Assembly: GCA_003345555.1 (NCBI GenBank)
Contig: PRDJ01000054.1
Location: 1 to 9,055, forward strand
Direction: 5' to 3'
Length of the DNA: 9,055 nucleotides
Source: Candidatus Thorarchaeota archaeon
Lineage (GTDB): Archaea; Asgardarchaeota; Thorarchaeia; Thorarchaeales; Thorarchaeaceae
The notes under the pieces are model-generated. The model was not told the DNA's origin. It was given only the letters and a program-made list of their open reading frames with translations, and ran no database searches. A program made the position numbers and the translations under genes. Positions 1-4,418 of this stretch are shown one piece after another. Each line of letters begins with the position of its first letter. Within the stretch, counting starts at the first letter, position 1.

Positions 1-409
1 CGAAGAGTGCAGCGATTCCTGTCAAGAATGTAGTTATGACTGCTACTTGAAAAGAAAAGATCAGGAACGGCACAATCAGTATCACTAACGCCAGCATTGT
101 TGACACGAAGGCGAGAACGCCGCTCATCCAAACCTCTCTGCGAGAGTGAACTCTGACCTCCTCGACATGAGTCTCCTGTTCATGCGCCTGCACGCTTTGC
201 TCTGTCAACTGGGAAGCAAAGAACCCGAAGGAGTTGCCCATTGCATCAGCCACTCCACCCACGACGGCGGCGACCAGAACGAGGGTAAGGTCTTGCGTTG
301 CCTGCGCAACACCAATGATGATTCCTAGAAAACAGATGACGCCATCTGTCATACCGAAAGCAACGCCTTCAAGGTTGTATCCGACTTGGACTACTGGCTC
401 TTTACTCAT
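1..409 (-). CDS. VIT1/CCC1 family Fe/Mn transporter (partial; 3' end runs off the window start)
   Basis: Manual translation of the minus strand from ATG 409 gives 136 codons with no stop: MSKEPVVQVGYNLEGVAFGMTDGVICFLGIIIGVAQATQDLTLVLVAAVVGGVADAMGNSFGFFASQLTEQSVQAHEQETHVEEVRVHSRREVWMSGVLAFVSTMLALVILIVPFLIFSFQVAVITTFLTGIAALF. It has the FGxxDG TM1 signature, a TM2 G..ADA..N..G motif, a His/Glu-rich cytoplasmic linker and further TM helices. An alternative in-frame ATG lies at 427. Absent from the ORF track because it has no stop inside the window. Confidence 0.85.
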   Translation of the reverse strand, partial: MSKEPVVQVGYNLEGVAFGMTDGVICFLGIIIGVAQATQDLTLVLVAAVVGGVADAMGNSFGFFASQLTEQSVQAHEQETHVEEVRVHSRREVWMSGVLAFVSTMLALVILIVPFLIFSFQVAVITTFLTGIAALF

Positions 410-444
410 CTCATGATCGCCGGGCATAGGGCAGAAGGCCGGAC

Positions 445-452
445 GTTAAAAA
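445..452 (-). promoter_or_regulatory. Putative archaeal TATA box for the VIT1/CCC1 gene
   Basis: Minus strand reads TTTTTAAC about 36-43 nt upstream of ATG 409. It is the only AT-rich patch in the 410-529 spacer. It could also act as an oligo-T terminator for the upstream GNAT gene. Confidence 0.4.
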
Positions 453-529
453 CCTCTAGGCTGCAGTCAAATGGATGGTTGGGAGGGCGTTCCACAAGGA
501 AGCCGCGCGTATCAGCAGACTCTCCGAGC

Positions 530-1021
530 CTAGATGCTCTTCTCAAGTTCTATCTCGTCCGAAATCGGAATACCATCTAACCCCGACACCGGTATCTCGG
601 GTTTTAGCTTTCTCGCTCGCTCGATGGCTTTCAGGCGAACCGCAACAATGTGAAAGCCTCTCTTCTGATAGAAGTGCAGAGCATTTGTGTTATCGTTTGT
701 TGTAATCAGCCTCATTCTCGTGCATCCTTCAAGCGATGCTCGGTGTTCGGCTGCTTGAACAAGAGCAGTGCCGGCTCCGGTATTCTCCGATACGCTGTTT
801 AGAGTGACAATCTCACATTCGTCCTCAGCTATCCTATAGGTAAGAAGACCTATTCTTCTTCCCTTGAGCACTGCGACCAAGGCCGGTAGTCGGCTGGCAT
901 CGTGAAGCTGTCCCCTTGATGCTATGTTCGTTGATGCCCAGTACTTTCTGAGCAGGCCCTTTATCCAATCCCGATCAGCTTCTGCCCCTTGTCTCACGAC
1001 TATACCAGATTCCCTTGGCAC
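530..1021 (-). CDS. GNAT family N-acetyltransferase
   Basis: 163 aa, GTG start (alternative GTG at 997). Motif A is EIVTLNSVSENTGAGTALV, followed by TTNDNTNALHFYQKRGF and a C-terminal ARKLKPEIP..G.DGIPISDEIELE tail typical of one widespread GNAT subfamily. Confidence 0.9.
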   Translation of the reverse strand: MPRESGIVVRQGAEADRDWIKGLLRKYWASTNIASRGQLHDASRLPALVAVLKGRRIGLLTYRIAEDECEIVTLNSVSENTGAGTALVQAAEHRASLEGCTRMRLITTNDNTNALHFYQKRGFHIVAVRLKAIERARKLKPEIPVSGLDGIPISDEIELEKSI

Positions 1022-1141
1022 AGGCTTTGTTCCTCACAGTCTCTTGGGAGAATGGTGGCACTAGTTCGCATTGGCAGAGTGGCGTCTGGTGCTCGCTATT
1101 TGCCCTGTGGTCTCCAATGAAAGGCTATTTGTTCCCCGTCC

Positions 1142-1154
1142 AAATACTTTATGT
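1142..1154. promoter_or_regulatory. AT-rich TATA-like element in the divergent GNAT/GNAT spacer
   Basis: AAATACTTTATGT, about 50-60 nt upstream of ATG 1204. It reads ACATAAAGTATTT on the other strand, so it could serve either gene. Confidence 0.3.
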
Positions 1155-1203
1155 CCAAATGGCCCTATTAGATGAAGACAGCTCACCGAAGGTCGGGTTT
1201 GCC

Positions 1204-1710
1204 ATGTATGACTATGCTGAAGTTTCGATTCGCCGTGCCGAGCTCGGTGAAGTGAACACGGTCCGGTCTATCCTGCAAGAGGCTTACGCAGGCCCAAAGA
1301 AGCGCTTGCCAAAGGAACCCACAGGCGTGCAAGATGGTCTAGATAAGATATCTCGGTCAATCCAGATGGGAAATGTCTACGTGGCAATCATCGGGGACTC
1401 TATAGTTGGAACAATGAAAGTGCAGCTTCAGGGTCAGGTAGGAACCATAAGCCGTGTTGCTGTCCTTGAGAGATTTCGTAATAGACGGGTCGGAACTTTC
1501 CTGGTGGAATACGCGGAGAATCTTCTGACTCACATGGGTGCAAAATCCGTTCAGCTCGAAGTGCTCAGCGCTAGGGACTCTCAGGCCAAGTTCTACGAGG
1601 GCATCGGTTACAAGCCCGTCGAACGTCATCAGAGTTCCGGAATAGATCTCATGGTAATGCAGAAGGACCTGTATGAGTCCGAACAGGAAGACAAGGAAGA
1701 GGATGTCTAG
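1204..1710 (+). CDS. GNAT family N-acetyltransferase
   Basis: 168 aa from ATG 1204 (MYDYAEVSIRRAELGEV...). It has the IRRA..D/E N-terminus, motif A ISRVAVLERFRNRRVGTFLV, then LEV...AKFYEGIGY and an acidic tail. The ORF-track extension 1015-1203 has no GNAT character and overlaps the opposite gene's start. An alternative ATG lies at 1159. Confidence 0.88.
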   Translation: MYDYAEVSIRRAELGEVNTVRSILQEAYAGPKKRLPKEPTGVQDGLDKISRSIQMGNVYVAIIGDSIVGTMKVQLQGQVGTISRVAVLERFRNRRVGTFLVEYAENLLTHMGAKSVQLEVLSARDSQAKFYEGIGYKPVERHQSSGIDLMVMQKDLYESEQEDKEEDV

Positions 1711-2822
1711 GGGATTATTTCACACCCATTGTTGAATTCAGGATAGTTGAAATCCTCAACCGCGACGGTACCGTCGTCAATCAGTTCCTTTACGTGAGGC
1801 ATCTTGATGCGAAGGCTCTCAATCAGGTGTCTGACGGTATTGCAGACCTTCTGATAGCCGCCTACTCCCCATAATCTCTCTTTGTTTGCGAACAGGCACC
1901 TTCCTCCGCACACCGTGAACTCTTCACACGATGGGCAAGGTTCTTCCACACTCATTTTGTTCCTAAGCAGGCTAGGTCTCGTTGTCCAAATATCTCCCAC
2001 AATCGAGAAAGGCCAGTCTGGTGATATGGGGCAGACGCCAATTGATCCGTCTACATGGATGGCAAACGTATCCAATCCAGATCCGCACCGGAGCCCCGAG
2101 GGTTTTCCTGTGAGCAGTGTGTAGGTAACAGGAAGAAATGGCACAATTCCTTCGACAATGCCGCCTTCCATTGTCCTGACCCAATCGTCGACAAGTTTCG
2201 TTATCCCCGGATTGTAAGATTCTGCGACCCAACCATCAAAGTCTGTCCAGTTGCCTTCGGCATCCCAGATGACGTTAAGCTGCCAGTGGACGTGGTCGAA
2301 TCTCGGCTCAGTTAGTCCTAGCAAGTGATGCACGTCTCTGTAGATGTCACTCTGCTGTGAGACTGCCATGCGTGCTACGACGTCCCCTTCGTATCTGATC
2401 TTTCTGAGCCATTTGACATTCTCGATGACATGGTCATACACACCGGGCGCCCTGTATCCATCGGTTGTGCTCCTTGTACCATCGATGGACACCAATATTG
2501 AGTGAAAGCGTTTGACATACGGCTCTGGGATTTTACTGAGCCGCAGGGCATTTGTCTGCAACTGGAATCGGGCGCTGGGAAACCTATCCATGATCTGAGC
2601 TATGAGGGGTATGCGCAAGGTTGGCTCCCCTCCATAGAGCATCAGTTGGACATCCTTGTCATGACTCAAGAATGAGGCAAGGTCGTCAAGAGAGTACTGC
2701 AGCTCCGCATCGGGCCCTCGTTCTTCCCCTCCGTGGCAATATGCGCAGTTGAGATTGCACTGCCGTGTGAGGACCAGATGGTAGTTCAAGGCAAGAGACC
2801 TCGTCTTCGAGCTGGCTCGCAT
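1707..2822 (-). CDS. Radical SAM/SPASM domain protein, AF0577/TIGR04084-like (putative peptide-modifying)
   Basis: C22xxxC26xxC29 (CNLNCAYC), GGEP motif, QTNA and SIDG motifs. SPASM cysteines: C246-x12-G-x4-C264, C296xxC299-x5-C305-x3-C309, C327. The C-terminus YPEFNNGCEIIP is one I recall for the archaeal AF0577 family. The true start may be TTG 2789 (MNYHLVLT...). Confidence 0.92.
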   Translation of the reverse strand: MRASSKTRSLALNYHLVLTRQCNLNCAYCHGGEERGPDAELQYSLDDLASFLSHDKDVQLMLYGGEPTLRIPLIAQIMDRFPSARFQLQTNALRLSKIPEPYVKRFHSILVSIDGTRSTTDGYRAPGVYDHVIENVKWLRKIRYEGDVVARMAVSQQSDIYRDVHHLLGLTEPRFDHVHWQLNVIWDAEGNWTDFDGWVAESYNPGITKLVDDWVRTMEGGIVEGIVPFLPVTYTLLTGKPSGLRCGSGLDTFAIHVDGSIGVCPISPDWPFSIVGDIWTTRPSLLRNKMSVEEPCPSCEEFTVCGGRCLFANKERLWGVGGYQKVCNTVRHLIESLRIKMPHVKELIDDGTVAVEDFNYPEFNNGCEIIP

Positions 2823-2889
2823 ACAGATTGACCAATAAGGATTTTCAAATGTAGAGGCACTTGTCCCAGATGAAAACGATTATGTTGTC

Positions 2890-2903
2890 AAGTCGCGCGA
2901 CTT
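2890..2903. promoter_or_regulatory. Perfect 14-bp palindrome AAGTCGCGCGACTT (candidate operator)
   Basis: Seen directly. It lies in the 95-bp divergent spacer, 14 nt upstream of the peptidase GTG and just downstream of an AT-rich GAAAACGATTATG patch. The regulatory role is inferred. Confidence 0.45.
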
Positions 2904-2917
2904 ATTCCTGACCAACA

Positions 2918-4411
2918 GTGAAGTATTCTGCAGCATCTATCCTCATCCTACTCATCCTTGGTAGTGCTCCGGTGGCGACTGCCAATTATGCAGTGAACGG
3001 ACCGGAGTCAGCCGGGGGAAGTACTCTTGCCGCTGACGGAGCAGTGATTCTTGAAGGTGTGCCCTACGTGTGGCAGGAGATAAATGGCCTATGCGCCTGG
3101 GCCACGCTTTCAATGGTTTGTCAATACTTAGGTGTTGACCTAGACCTGCATGACGTACTGGCTATCACTGGCGTTGGTTTCTCTTTTGCCTATATCAGGT
3201 ACAATGACACCTTGCTCATGGTTCCGGGAGCCCTCTATCAACAAGTGGAACCGACTGAGTTCCTCGCAAACCTGTATGGTCTAAACCAGACTGTTTACCT
3301 AGGTTCCGGGATCTCCAACCTCGAGGGACAGATTGGATACCTCAATTCACAGGGAATCAATGTTGGAGTGCTTTCCAGTCAGGAAGACGCAATGCAGTTG
3401 ATGAAGCAGCTCATTGACGACGGTAGACCTCTCATCATTAGCGTCGATCCTCGTTGGCTGCCCGCTCACGACTATGATGAATTCAGGATGCACAACAGTT
3501 CGAGCGGTGCCCACGGTGTCGTCGTTGTAGGCTACAATGATACTGATGGCACGGCCACCATCATGGATCCTGGCGTGGGCTCATTCGGAGACAGCTTTGG
3601 TTATCCGATTGACGGCCGGGGTAACTACACAAGAATCAGTTATCCGAACTTGGGCCTCGCATGGGGAAGCCGGGATTGGATTAGCGTTTCTTTGCTGCCG
3701 GGTGGAACGCCAGTGCAAGATGTGCCCTCATATCTGGGGCCTTACATCCGCGATAGGTTGCTTGGCAGCTCATCTTCGTATGCTCCTGGAAGTCCGTATG
3801 GGTACATCTGGGGCTTTGGCGAAGGTGCATTCAGGAGAATGAGTTCTGACATGACTCCGGATGGTCTGTCATCATATCTCAGTGTGTTCAATGGGATTCC
3901 GGATGAAGTCTATAACAAAGCGCTTCTGCTCCTCTTCATAGGACTTGGGCTGGAGGCCCAGACAACCCTTCAATATCTTTCCTTCAGGGCCGCCCTCGAG
4001 AAACTTTCGTTTCTCATGTCTACGGTGGATCTAGCAACCTTCAGCACTGAGGCTGCCAAAGCATTGCCGCATTTTGACGCCTTGGCAGATAACCGTAGCC
4101 TGACAAACCCGTTCAACATCACACCGCATGAGACTATTGTTTCAAACACGTTCCATCACTTGGTTGACATGTACAACTCAACGGGCAATCTGACTTCTGC
4201 ACTTGCCTCGGTTGCGGACAACCTGACAATCATCTCCGGTCACCTAGGTGCGATTGCAGACTCTTGGAAAGCGGCAGGGCTTGCCTTAGAATCGATATGG
4301 CCAACTAATCCGTTGATTGTTTATGCTCCATTCATTGTGGTCGGGGTGAGCGCAGGTGTGATTCTTGCAATAGGGATACTTCGCTGGATACGAAAGAAGC
4401 CCTCTCAGTAG
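2918..4411 (+). CDS. Secreted, C-terminally anchored papain-like cysteine peptidase/transacylase (C39-like / BtrH_N-like)
   Basis: 497 aa, GTG start. Signal peptide at aa 1-~22. VPYVWQ53..C59AWATLSMVCQYLG, GRPLIISVDPRWLP, H199GVVVVGYND and IMD217P give a Gln/Cys-His-Asp papain-like set. It has 10 N-x-S/T sequons and a C-terminal TM helix (IVYAPFIVVGVSAGVILAIGIL) plus a basic tail (RWIRKK). Confidence 0.85.
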   Translation: MKYSAASILILLILGSAPVATANYAVNGPESAGGSTLAADGAVILEGVPYVWQEINGLCAWATLSMVCQYLGVDLDLHDVLAITGVGFSFAYIRYNDTLLMVPGALYQQVEPTEFLANLYGLNQTVYLGSGISNLEGQIGYLNSQGINVGVLSSQEDAMQLMKQLIDDGRPLIISVDPRWLPAHDYDEFRMHNSSSGAHGVVVVGYNDTDGTATIMDPGVGSFGDSFGYPIDGRGNYTRISYPNLGLAWGSRDWISVSLLPGGTPVQDVPSYLGPYIRDRLLGSSSSYAPGSPYGYIWGFGEGAFRRMSSDMTPDGLSSYLSVFNGIPDEVYNKALLLLFIGLGLEAQTTLQYLSFRAALEKLSFLMSTVDLATFSTEAAKALPHFDALADNRSLTNPFNITPHETIVSNTFHHLVDMYNSTGNLTSALASVADNLTIISGHLGAIADSWKAAGLALESIWPTNPLIVYAPFIVVGVSAGVILAIGILRWIRKKPSQ

Positions 4412-4418
4412 GTATGGT

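Noticed and set aside
332-349. ACAGATG-ACGC-CATCTGT hairpin inside the VIT1 gene, sharing a CAGATG core with the 8135-8163 repeat
   Set aside because: It lies in conserved coding sequence (TDGVIC), has the opposite arm orientation and is at chance level for a 7-bp stem.
146-705. Plus-strand ORFs 146-328, 234-416, 386-580 and 475-705
   Set aside because: They are antisense shadows of the VIT1 and GNAT genes, with no recognisable motifs.
1015-1203. 63-aa N-terminal extension of the second GNAT in the ORF track (TTG 1015)
   Set aside because: It has no GNAT-like content, overlaps the start of the opposite-strand GNAT and runs through the likely promoter. The fold begins at ATG 1204.
1357-2315. 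ORFs 1357-1629, 1882-2124, 1972-2232 and 2055-2315
   Set aside because: They lie entirely within the well-supported GNAT and rSAM genes, in other frames or on the other strand.
2829-2915. TGACCAA direct repeat 80 bp apart, next to both divergent start codons
   Set aside because: Only 7 bp, and in opposite orientation relative to the two genes; consistent with chance.
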